Of a stretch of 38,644 nt of DNA, positions 7,477 through 16,213 are shown one piece after another. Source of the DNA: a bacterium. Its GTDB lineage: Bacteria; Patescibacteriota; Minisyncoccia; UBA6257; 2-01-FULL-56-20. The translations under genes and the position numbers were made by a program. The stretch's first letter is position 1. Each line of letters starts with the position of its first letter. The notes under the pieces are model-generated. The model was not told the origin of the DNA. It was given only the letters and a program-made list of their open reading frames with translations, and did not search any database. Where the stretch lies: the NCBI GenBank assembly GCA_027310965.1, contig DAICZW010000003.1, positions 1-38,644 of the forward strand. The letters run 5' to 3'.

Positions 7477-8508
7477 TTACAGGATTTCCGCGACTTTCTG
7501 CACATGCTTCACGAGCGTCGAAACATACCCCGCTTCGTTGTCGTACCAGGAAAACACGTTCACGAGATCGCCGTCTATGACCTTTGTGAGATCCAGACTG
7601 ACGATGGCGCCGTACGGTTCGCCGATGATATCCGATGACACCAACGGGTCGGTCGTCACTTTAAAAATTCCCTGCCAGCGCGGCGATGCGGCGGCTTCGG
7701 TGAGAATCTGGTTGATCTCTTCAACGCTCGTTTTTCGCTTCGCAAGAAACGTGATATCCGAAATGGAACCGGTGATAGTGGGAACGCGGAAAGAAACACC
7801 GTCAAAACGGCCCGCGAGCCCGGGGATCGCGCGCGTGACCGAAATCGCGGCGCCGGTCGTTTCGGGAACCGTGTTGTGAGCGGCCGCGCGGCCCTTGCGG
7901 AAATCGTGTCCGCCGCGAACGGGTCCGTCCACCAGACTTTGCGTTGCCGTGTAAGCGTGCACCGTGGAAAGCACCGCTTTCAGGATACCCGGATTTTCCG
8001 AAAGGATCTGTATAACAGGCGATGCGGAATTCGTGGTGCACGAGCCGTTCGAAGTTATCGCGCACGTTTTGAGCGCGTCCTCGTTCACACCCATGAGGAC
8101 CGTTTTGCCGGCAGGACCGTCGGCGTCTTTCGCCGGCGCCGTAATCACCACGCGTTTCGCGCCCGCCTGCACATGCACCATCGCCTTCTCGTACGATTCA
8201 AAAAGTCCGGTTGATTCGACGACAATATCGATAGCAAGATCTTTCCACGGAAGCTGCGCCGGGTCTTTGATCTGCAGGAATTTTATTTCGGCGCCGGAAA
8301 TGACAAGGTTCCCTTTCGCAAGATCGGCTTCCACCGCTTTATCGTACCGGCCGTAAGCCGTATCGTATTTCAAAAGATAGGCGAGATTTTCGAGATTGCC
8401 GAGATCGTTAATGGCGACGATCTCGAGGTTATCCGTAGCAAATGCCGATTTTAAAAATAATCTTCCGATCCGTCCGAACCCGTTTATCGCAATGCGTGTT
8501 TTTTTCAT
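7477..8508 (-). CDS. gap: type I glyceraldehyde-3-phosphate dehydrogenase
   Basis: 343 aa with INGFGRIGR, SNGSCTTNS and WYDNEAGY. Confidence 0.95.
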   Translation of the reverse strand: MKKTRIAINGFGRIGRLFLKSAFATDNLEIVAINDLGNLENLAYLLKYDTAYGRYDKAVEADLAKGNLVISGAEIKFLQIKDPAQLPWKDLAIDIVVESTGLFESYEKAMVHVQAGAKRVVITAPAKDADGPAGKTVLMGVNEDALKTCAITSNGSCTTNSASPVIQILSENPGILKAVLSTVHAYTATQSLVDGPVRGGHDFRKGRAAAHNTVPETTGAAISVTRAIPGLAGRFDGVSFRVPTITGSISDITFLAKRKTSVEEINQILTEAAASPRWQGIFKVTTDPLVSSDIIGEPYGAIVSLDLTKVIDGDLVNVFSWYDNEAGYVSTLVKHVQKVAEIL

Positions 8509-8670
8509 TGTGCTTATTTTCTTATTTTAAAATAGTATAGCATATTGAAAATATTATTACCGTCTTCAAGATCCGTTTTTCATGGCTTTCGCAATCATCC
8601 GCTTTGGGTTATCCCGTGCCGTGAATACGGAACGGATGACGACGGGAAAAGGGATGTTTGCCTTCTCTTT

Positions 8671-9219
8671 TTATGTACTTGATATTTCGACCGTATCCCC
8701 TATTTTTATATCGTCTTTCGCCACGGTGCCGGCGCTCACTTCAAGCACCGCATCAACGCCGGGCGGCGACGAATATATTTTCAATTTCCACAGCGGCGTG
8801 CCGGGCTGCGGCGCGGCGTTCTCAGCGAACCCGAGGACTTTACCCTCCCAGGTTTTGCCTTGCGAACCTTCTGAAATTTTGTTCTGAAAAATTGGGGAGG
8901 GCGAACCGCCGCCGATCCAGATCATATCCAAAGGAAAGTTCATGTCTTTCATCCAAAAATACCTGACCGTCGAAGACCCGAAAAGAAAGACCATCCCGTC
9001 GTTTTGCCCCAGACCCGCGCGAAACGACAGCCCGCGCGCCTGCTCGATTGCCGTCCGCGCAACCTCCGCGGAAAAAACCGCGCTTCCGACCGTCACCCGC
9101 GCCGCAGGAAGCGGCGGATTTTCCTGAGAAAGGACACTATGCCAAAAACCGAACACCACAAGCACTACCGCTATGAACGCAATGATGGCTATTATTATCA
9201 TAATTTTCTTTGAAGTCAT
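8671..9219 (-). CDS. DUF192-family protein with N-terminal membrane anchor
   Basis: ARGLSFR..GMVFLF..FWMKDMNFPLDMIWI...VLEVSAGT matches the DUF192 pattern. Start taken at MTSKKIMIIIAIIAFI (ATG 9217-9219). Confidence 0.7.
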   Translation of the reverse strand: MTSKKIMIIIAIIAFIAVVLVVFGFWHSVLSQENPPLPAARVTVGSAVFSAEVARTAIEQARGLSFRAGLGQNDGMVFLFGSSTVRYFWMKDMNFPLDMIWIGGGSPSPIFQNKISEGSQGKTWEGKVLGFAENAAPQPGTPLWKLKIYSSPPGVDAVLEVSAGTVAKDDIKIGDTVEISST

Positions 9220-9264
9220 CTTCAGTAAAAGGATACCTTTGTTTCGGAAAATTTGCACATCTTA

Positions 9265-9822
9265 TTACAAATGGCGTAGTTCAAACGCCACGATGCCGAA
9301 CGAAACCGCGACATTCAGCGATTCTTTTCCGCGGCCGGAATGTTTCGGATGATCGGCATCGCCGACCATGGCGCCGCGCATGGGAATTTCCAAAATTTTG
9401 CCGGCGCGGTTCAGGATTGACGGCGGCAAACCGCGGACCTCGTCGCCGAGAACCAATGCAATTTTTAAATTTTTACTTTTTCCGCCTGTGACGGATCCGC
9501 TTTTTGCGGAAATTTTTAACTCGTCATACGGAACCGACTTCCTTGATTGTTCGACGGCGAAAATTTTCCAGCCGCCTTTTTTAAGCGCCGCGGTTAAGCG
9601 CGCCGTGTTTTTCACCGACTCCCACGCAACATATTTTTCCGCGCCGAGCGCAACCTTCGCAAAATCCTTGCGCAAATTCCCCAGCCGGTCGTGCGGCGCG
9701 GGTGTAATGCCGCACAAATATATTTTTTCCGCGCCCGCGGCATCGGCTGTCCGGAAAATGGAACCGACATTATGCACGCTCCTCACATTATGAAGTATGA
9801 CGCAAAAAACCATACTCTCCAT
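9265..9822 (-). CDS. SpoU/TrmH-family RNA 2'-O-methyltransferase
   Basis: Motifs NVGSIFRTADAAG, LVLGDEVRGL and SLNVAVSFGIVAFEL. Confidence 0.8.
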   Translation of the reverse strand: MESMVFCVILHNVRSVHNVGSIFRTADAAGAEKIYLCGITPAPHDRLGNLRKDFAKVALGAEKYVAWESVKNTARLTAALKKGGWKIFAVEQSRKSVPYDELKISAKSGSVTGGKSKNLKIALVLGDEVRGLPPSILNRAGKILEIPMRGAMVGDADHPKHSGRGKESLNVAVSFGIVAFELRHL

Positions 9823-10029
9823 TATATTACATAAGGAATGTGCTGAAAATAATAAAACATCTTATGGATAACTATTTAAAAATTTAATTTTCGTCATGCG
9901 AAAGAGGAAATTTATGCTTTGTCCTGAAAAATTCTTAAAGAATATATCTCGCCTCCGCAAGAACGGCCGATAAGCCATTATGACTTTTTCGAATACGTTT
10001 ACCCTCCGTCTTCATGGTGTTTCCGGCGG

Positions 10030-12855
10030 TCATTGACTCGCGGCGGCGGTCGTGGATGACGCCGCATCGGGCAATGCCCACGTCGACATAGTCGGTGCGG
10101 AAACATTGCCGAAATAATCCACGGCACGGACGCCGATATAATAAGTATTCGCAGGATCAATTGCGCAGAAACCCAAACGGATACTGCCGACCGATTGCCA
10201 ATGCAACGCATCAAGCGTCGGCGATGTTCCGCAATTGATCTCGTAAGCGAGCGACGAAGAAGCTGTATCCGGATCGGTGGAAGCCGACCATGAAAGATCC
10301 AATTGTCCGGTCGCGGGATCGACGGAGGTCACAATATCGGTCGGCGGGCTCGGCGGCATATGCGGCGGAAAATTCGGGATGAACACCCATGAAAGATATG
10401 GATAAAAAGAATAGGTATACGGAACCTTGCCGGAGCCATAAACGAACGCGTTCCACATCGCCGTGCCGGTCGCCATCGTCCCCTTCAAAATAACACTCCG
10501 GTTCTGGCAACCCTGATAAGTATAGAGGCGATAATATTTGTTCGGCTGAAGCGCGATATTCAGGCCGCCGACCGTAACCTTCGTATTGGCATGTATAAAC
10601 GGCGCATTGTCCGAAATGGTAAATTGCCGATTAAGCTTGGTATAGCCGGGATCGAGGAATTCCCCAATCCAAAGACTCGATTCGAAAAAAAACGGATCGT
10701 CTATATAACCTTCAAACGTAAGCGAGCGGATCGTGCCATAAAATCCAGTGCCGAGATCGTACCAGTTGTCGTCGTAATGGCTCCCGTGCGAATCGCTGCC
10801 GTCAACTGCCTGGACCGTCGTGGACCAATCCGGTATGGCGACCGTCGCAGTCGCAAATGAAATATCTCCCGCAACGTCAACGGCACGGATACCAAAATAA
10901 TAATCATGGCCGTCCGCAGAGACAGGATATGAAAACGAAGTCGACGTGCCAGTCCATAATGGCGGCGTACCGGATGCAATAACGTCAGTAATAGTTCCAG
11001 AAGCGGTTTGCGGCGAGCTTGTCGATGCGGCATCCAGATCGAAAACAGAGTAAACGATACCATCCGATGATCCGCTCGCATCCTGCGGCGCGGCCCATAT
11101 AAAATCAATCGCGAGCGTGCTCGAATTGAAAACGGCGATTGCATCCATGCCGGCGACGTGCGACGGCGGCGCGAAAACAAAAACGGGGGTGGGCGGTACC
11201 GCAGAGGAAGTCGCATCCGATAATTGAGTCGGCGATGCGGATGATGATACGACGGAATCAATACTGGAAGTTGCCGTTGATGTCGAAGCGGATGCGGTTG
11301 ACGGCGATGACGTGGAAATTGCATCCGTAATCGAAGAAAAACCGTCAACTAAAGTGGATGATGCCGTGGAAGTCGTGATAACCAACGTTGTCGACGATGC
11401 AACGGACGATACCGCGGTGGTGGTCGCAACGCCGATATCGGCAATAATAATAGTAGAAGAAGTATTGTCGGTTGACGCTGCGGATGTCGATGTTGCACTG
11501 TAATCACTGACCGTATCCGTGCCCGCGGAAGAAGACGCATCCTCGGCTTGCCCAATCGTTCCGGATGGCGCAGCCGATGCCAACGCAGAAGAATCTTCCG
11601 GCGATGCGGCAGAAAAAGACGGCGGCGCGCTCGTTATCGTCGCTGAAACGCCGCCTGTCGGAACAGTTTGCCCGCTTGTGGCGAGCGAAGTCGAACCATT
11701 GCCGCCGCCGGACGAATCGGAAATATCCTGCGTAGTCGATGAAACGATATCCGAGGAATAATTTTGCGACGACAAACCGTTCGACGCGGCACTGTCCGGA
11801 TCTAAACTTAAAACCGATGAATTCGCGGCCGGGGAATTTGCCGGAGTGAATGCGCTATCGATGCCGCTTGGCGCAGAGGACAATCCTGCGCCGTTATTCA
11901 AACTCTCCGCGCTTGAACTCTCCGTAGTCGCATCAAAAATATTATTTCCATCCGAAGATCGGCCCGTTGAAAACGAAAATAAAGAGGAATTCTTCGTGAT
12001 AATTTGCGATTGCCCCTTTGAATTTTCCCCTGAAAAATCCCGAGAGGAAGGCGCCGGCGCGGACGACGTTCCGGAAATAGAAGAAGCGCCGATGCTTTCG
12101 TATGATGACGTCGCGCCACTTATTAATCCGTTATCGGCCGCCCTATTGCTGTCCGATCCGACACCGCCTGCCGCGCCGAACAAATTACCGGCGGCTTGCG
12201 CCATGATCGCGCCGATATCACCCAAAAGGCCCGTGTCCGGCGCGCCGTTGTCCGAAACATACCGCGCTTCTTCCTTTATACCGGTATAGCCGGAAATCGG
12301 CTCGAAATTATGCGCCGAAAAACTTCCATCGGCATTTTTATCGTACATCGCGAAATGAAGATGCGCGCCGGGATGCTCCGCGCATGCAGTTCCCATTACA
12401 AGGCCGGTATCGCCGAGTTTTCCCAAAACGGCACCCGTTTTTACCGCATCGCCGTCGTTCACCGCAATGCTTCCCTGGATAAGATGCGCATAGCGGCTCA
12501 CGATATTGCCGTCGCCCGCCACAAGAATTTCCGTGCCATAGCCCCCGTTATACCCTGCTTCTTCGACAATCCACGCTTTTCCCGGCGCCGCCGCAAGAAT
12601 ATTTTTGCCGTAAGTATTACAGCCGTCCTGCGTGAAATCCGCCGCATAAGCGTCTTTATGAATGTGCGTCGGAGGACTGTCATACCCCTGCGTCACGACA
12701 AAACTTTGCTTGTTTTCATAGGGAAGCTTCGCCGCAAACGATTGCGCCACTGCATACCGCACGCAAAATACCGGTAGCGCGGCAAGGGCGGCCATAAAAA
12801 ACATGGCTATAAATTTCTTATTTCGACGAACGAGCGGCGCTATGGTCACCGACAT
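10030..12855 (-). CDS. large secreted M23 metallopeptidase with ~330-aa Ser/Thr/Ala-rich linker and FN3-like C-terminal repeats
   Basis: N-terminal signal/anchor RRNKKFIAMFFMAALAAL. M23 motifs HIHKD and GAHLHF. Two FN3-like modules end in YYFGIRAVD / YYIGVRAVD. Start taken at ATG 12853-12855 so as not to overlap the upstream gene. Confidence 0.8.
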   Translation of the reverse strand: MSVTIAPLVRRNKKFIAMFFMAALAALPVFCVRYAVAQSFAAKLPYENKQSFVVTQGYDSPPTHIHKDAYAADFTQDGCNTYGKNILAAAPGKAWIVEEAGYNGGYGTEILVAGDGNIVSRYAHLIQGSIAVNDGDAVKTGAVLGKLGDTGLVMGTACAEHPGAHLHFAMYDKNADGSFSAHNFEPISGYTGIKEEARYVSDNGAPDTGLLGDIGAIMAQAAGNLFGAAGGVGSDSNRAADNGLISGATSSYESIGASSISGTSSAPAPSSRDFSGENSKGQSQIITKNSSLFSFSTGRSSDGNNIFDATTESSSAESLNNGAGLSSAPSGIDSAFTPANSPAANSSVLSLDPDSAASNGLSSQNYSSDIVSSTTQDISDSSGGGNGSTSLATSGQTVPTGGVSATITSAPPSFSAASPEDSSALASAAPSGTIGQAEDASSSAGTDTVSDYSATSTSAASTDNTSSTIIIADIGVATTTAVSSVASSTTLVITTSTASSTLVDGFSSITDAISTSSPSTASASTSTATSSIDSVVSSSASPTQLSDATSSAVPPTPVFVFAPPSHVAGMDAIAVFNSSTLAIDFIWAAPQDASGSSDGIVYSVFDLDAASTSSPQTASGTITDVIASGTPPLWTGTSTSFSYPVSADGHDYYFGIRAVDVAGDISFATATVAIPDWSTTVQAVDGSDSHGSHYDDNWYDLGTGFYGTIRSLTFEGYIDDPFFFESSLWIGEFLDPGYTKLNRQFTISDNAPFIHANTKVTVGGLNIALQPNKYYRLYTYQGCQNRSVILKGTMATGTAMWNAFVYGSGKVPYTYSFYPYLSWVFIPNFPPHMPPSPPTDIVTSVDPATGQLDLSWSASTDPDTASSSLAYEINCGTSPTLDALHWQSVGSIRLGFCAIDPANTYYIGVRAVDYFGNVSAPTMSTWALPDAASSTTAAASQ

Positions 12856-12916
12856 GTGAAGACAATGCGCGAACGAAGCACGCTCTCGACGGCGTTTGAA
12901 GGTCAAAAAAAGTTTT

Positions 12917-13558
12917 TTATTTTGTTCCATTTTCAAAATGCATGCCGTTAATAAATTGCGTAAGTGCGGCATCGCAAACCGCATTGCCGTCGGCCTTTCG
13001 TATGTCCAAAACCGAAGGAGCTATTTCGTAAATATTCCCCTCCGCGGCGACATAGGCAAGCGTTGTCGCGACGCCATCCATGGTCCCCTTCCATTCCAAA
13101 GCGGCATCCGCGCCGGACACCGAAAGCCCCTCGCTCGATATTTCGGCAACCGCAATCGTAGGATCTTCGCTCAAATGAGCGGCCAGCCAATGATCCATAT
13201 CCGCCGCGGGAATATCCCTAAAAAGGGAAACTTCTATTTTGCACTCCGGCGACGAGCTTGCCTCCGGACGATAATCCGGATAGACCGCGACGCCGCTCCC
13301 TTTTTTATTTTCAAGATACCAGCTTGGCGGCAGGACGAATGAATAACCGCCCGTTTTGTCGCTGACAAAATGGCTGCCATCCGGCAGTAATGCCTGCGAA
13401 ATATCATCGGCGTTCAAAGATGCGCCCGATGGCTGCGCGCCGATCCGCCCGTGCCGCGCCATTATAAAGACAACGACCGCCGCCGCTACCATCACGATAA
13501 ATATCCCCGCGAAAATAAAATACGAACCCGTCTTTTTTGGTTTTTCGATATTCTGCAT
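12917..13558 (-). CDS. membrane-anchored extracytoplasmic protein, PsbP/DcrB-like (tentative)
   Basis: 213 aa. TM helix FIFAGIFIVMVAAAVVVFIM, then GGYSFVLPPSWY, a motif reminiscent of PsbP/DUF1795 folds. Confidence 0.55.
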   Translation of the reverse strand: MQNIEKPKKTGSYFIFAGIFIVMVAAAVVVFIMARHGRIGAQPSGASLNADDISQALLPDGSHFVSDKTGGYSFVLPPSWYLENKKGSGVAVYPDYRPEASSSPECKIEVSLFRDIPAADMDHWLAAHLSEDPTIAVAEISSEGLSVSGADAALEWKGTMDGVATTLAYVAAEGNIYEIAPSVLDIRKADGNAVCDAALTQFINGMHFENGTK

Positions 13559-13702
13559 GAAAATATTTTTATTGGTTATTTTTCTTTCATTCTATGCCGC
13601 CGCGCATTAAATTTTCTTTAAAGAATTTATGCGGGGACAACTGAGAAGCGTTGATTCAAAACCGCCCTTGAATGGCCGGTCGACCTCAACGCTCATCACG
13701 GA

Positions 13703-15604
13703 TCATTGGATTGTGAAATCGTCCGCATTATTGTCCGTATCGATAATCGCGCCGTTTTGAAAAATCCTCGTGAGCGCCTGGTCCGCCGCGGGGTCGGTCG
13801 GATACGCCGCGCCTTCGCCATATTGGTTCACGCCCGTTCCCCACGCGACCGCATCGACCATGACGCCCGTGGCATCGAAAAGCGCAACGCTATTATCCGC
13901 ACCCAGCGTCTCGGTACTCGAAACATCCGCGCCGATCGCCGCCGAAAATCCGTTCGCGGAATTCGCCCACGTAAAAATGCCGCCGGCCGGCACCGCACTG
14001 CCCGCCGGAAATTCTCTCAATGAATAATCCGCGCCCGTGCCGCTTTTTTTGCGTAATTTCCATCCGCTCACGTCGACCGCGCTATTTTCAGGGTTATAAA
14101 TTTTCACAAAATCATCCGTTGTCGATGCGCCCGCAATCTGCACGGCGACGATCATAAGATGCGCAATCGCTCCGGCGGTCGTCGCAGCGCCTGACGCAAC
14201 CGTTGATGTCGTTGCGTCGCCGAATACGACGGCTGATGTTGACGATAGCTGGATATCGCCGCCGCCGGAACCGCCGGAAATATCAAAACTTGAAGACGCA
14301 TCCGCCGCGACGGACGATAGATCGGCGGTAATATCACTCCTCAAAAGACCGCCCGAAGAATCATTGGCGGCACATACCGAAGACGACGTTTGCGTCACCG
14401 AAGAAGTCGCAACAGCAACCGGCGCAATATATCCCGTTGAATTTTCGGCTTTCGGCGTTCCGCCGGGATCCGCGCTCGTATGCCATCCGAAATCGGCGCG
14501 ATTACGTTCCAATGTCCGCTTCGCGCCATTGTCGCCGCCCGGCCATCCGTCCGACGCGTCCAAAATATCCACGGGCGCGCACGCGCCGTCAAAAATGCCG
14601 AGCGCGTCGCCCGTATTCGGCAACGCGCCGGAATAAATCTTGTCCGCCGGAATACCGGATATCGCATTGTCATCCGTACGCTTGAGAAAATAGAACGATG
14701 ACGGCGCAATACGGTCGCTATCACCGAAAACGACCGTTATATTTTCCGCCGTGTCGATAAGCTCCCAGCCGGCGAGCGGAACCGTGCTTGACGTCTCATT
14801 TTTTATCTCCATCCATTCGTCATTGCCCGCGCCCGCCGCGCTTTCGCCGCTTTGCGCAGGCGATCCCATCCACGCGATCTCGTTCAAAATAATCCGATGC
14901 GACGGCGCGGCAGTATTCGCGGCGGTAAACGCGCATCGCGGCCGCGCCGGCGGCGATGATGGCCTCCCGTTAAAAGAAGATGTGCTCCCCAAAAGCGATG
15001 ACGTCGAAAACGACGCTCCGAAAGGCGGAACGAAAGATGCCGTTCCCGATACGGAATCCGAAACGGAATCGGGACTGCCTGTCGCATTTTCGGAAGTATC
15101 GGAAGTCATCCCCGGAACATCACCGCCATCCGGCATGATCGTGCTTGATACTGCGCCGCTTGCCGCCACGACATCCAGTTCCAAACCGGAAACGCTTTCC
15201 ACGCCGGATGATTGCCGTATGTCGGCTTGCGCGCTTACCGCGGCGGCGGCATTTTTACTTGCCGGTGGTTGCGCAAAATCATTTCCGGCGATATTCGCAT
15301 CGGCTGTTCCGCCAGCCGGATCATTTTCATTCACAGTTGATGACGAACTCATTTCTACAGACGACGAACTATCAGCAGAAACATTCTCCAGTGCAACTTC
15401 CTTTGTATTTCCGCTTAAAGACAAACCGAATGCTTCACGGAACGACTGCACGGCGATGGCCGCGTTATTTTTCAAAAAACCGCTGCCGGCGCCGAACGCG
15501 AAAAAATATACGGCAGTGCCCGCCGTTAAAACCCCTGCGAAAATCAACGCATGACGGATGAATTTTCTCTTTTTATCGACGGCGACTTCCTCGTATATTT
15601 CCAT
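13703..15604 (-). CDS. membrane-anchored surface protein with two lamin-tail domains (LTD)
   Basis: 633 aa. N-terminal TM, a Ser-rich linker, then IILNEIAWMGS..NDEWMEIKN..LAGWEL and VQIAGASTTDDFVKIYNP..VSGWKL. Confidence 0.75.
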   Translation of the reverse strand: MEIYEEVAVDKKRKFIRHALIFAGVLTAGTAVYFFAFGAGSGFLKNNAAIAVQSFREAFGLSLSGNTKEVALENVSADSSSSVEMSSSSTVNENDPAGGTADANIAGNDFAQPPASKNAAAAVSAQADIRQSSGVESVSGLELDVVAASGAVSSTIMPDGGDVPGMTSDTSENATGSPDSVSDSVSGTASFVPPFGASFSTSSLLGSTSSFNGRPSSPPARPRCAFTAANTAAPSHRIILNEIAWMGSPAQSGESAAGAGNDEWMEIKNETSSTVPLAGWELIDTAENITVVFGDSDRIAPSSFYFLKRTDDNAISGIPADKIYSGALPNTGDALGIFDGACAPVDILDASDGWPGGDNGAKRTLERNRADFGWHTSADPGGTPKAENSTGYIAPVAVATSSVTQTSSSVCAANDSSGGLLRSDITADLSSVAADASSSFDISGGSGGGDIQLSSTSAVVFGDATTSTVASGAATTAGAIAHLMIVAVQIAGASTTDDFVKIYNPENSAVDVSGWKLRKKSGTGADYSLREFPAGSAVPAGGIFTWANSANGFSAAIGADVSSTETLGADNSVALFDATGVMVDAVAWGTGVNQYGEGAAYPTDPAADQALTRIFQNGAIIDTDNNADDFTIQ

Positions 15605-15643
15605 TGGTTATTTTTATTCGACGCGCATACGCACGTGAATTTC

Positions 15644-15813
15644 ATAGGACTTACGCGTTTGAAAAAATATTTTAAAAACGTCAGATGTTTCAAACCGCAA
15701 GGGCCTGGCCAATTACTTCGTTATTTTCCTGCGGTTTTCATCGCCGTAGTCGGACTACGGCTCCCAAAATCCTCGGAAAATGCCTCGTACTTGGCCAAGC
15801 GCATAAGTCCTAT
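15644..15813 (+). repeat. ~170-nt terminally inverted, hairpin-rich element (MITE-like), copy A
   Basis: The termini ATAGGACTTACGCG ... GCGCATAAGTCCTAT are inverted repeats. The central palindrome is CCGTAGTCGGACTACGG. The copy aligns along its length with copies at 18327-18492 and 29423-29587. Confidence 0.8.
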
Positions 15814-15851
15814 TTCAATAACCATAGCAAGGAGCGGATTAAATATATCTT

Positions 15852-15905
15852 AAAGGACTCCGCATTTTAATTCGGAAAGGAGGGGCTCTCTTTACTCCTT
15901 TCCGA
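15852..15905. other. perfect 21-bp stem hairpin (12-nt loop)
   Basis: GCATTTTAATTCGGAAAGGAG - gggctctcttta - CTCCTTTCCGAATTAAAATGC. Confidence 0.8.
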
Positions 15906-16035
15906 ATTAAAATGCTCCGTCTAGTGCGGAAACGAGGGACGGGCTTCCTTAAAAGTCCCTCGCAAGCGATAAAGCTTCGTCCGGGGCGGAAACGAAGTAT
16001 CGCATCAAGTTCCATTAATGTAATGAGAATTCGAT

Positions 16036-16070
16036 TCAAAAAACAGGCCGGCAAAAATTGCCGGCCTGTT
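16036..16070 (-). terminator. intrinsic terminator (minus strand), probable end of the ndk transcript
   Basis: 13-bp stem AACAGGCCGGCAA/TTGCCGGCCTGTT with a 3-nt loop, followed on the minus strand by TTTTTT. Confidence 0.65.
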
Positions 16071-16080
16071 GGCAGCGATA

Positions 16081-16112
16081 AGGAAGTAAACGCGTCCGCG
16101 CGTTTACTTCCT
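16081..16112. other. perfect 14-bp stem hairpin with tetraloop
   Basis: AGGAAGTAAACGCG-tccg-CGCGTTTACTTCCT. No T-run on either side. Confidence 0.7.
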
Positions 16113-16213
16113 CCAGACGAACCGACGGATGAAACAAAGTTTCATAAAATTTCCGAACAACCCGCGAACACTGCCTAAAAAAATCGTTTTTCGGAATGAG
16201 CTCCAAAAAAAAT

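Noticed and set aside
15685-15870. Small ORFs across the 170-nt element with similar peptides (..FHRRSRTT..KI.GKC.V.G..), seen at 15685-15870 and 29377-29622
   Set aside because: The similarity simply reflects nucleotide repeat identity. The third copy is inverted, the ORFs have no consistent start or stop, and the element is dominated by hairpin symmetry rather than codon structure.
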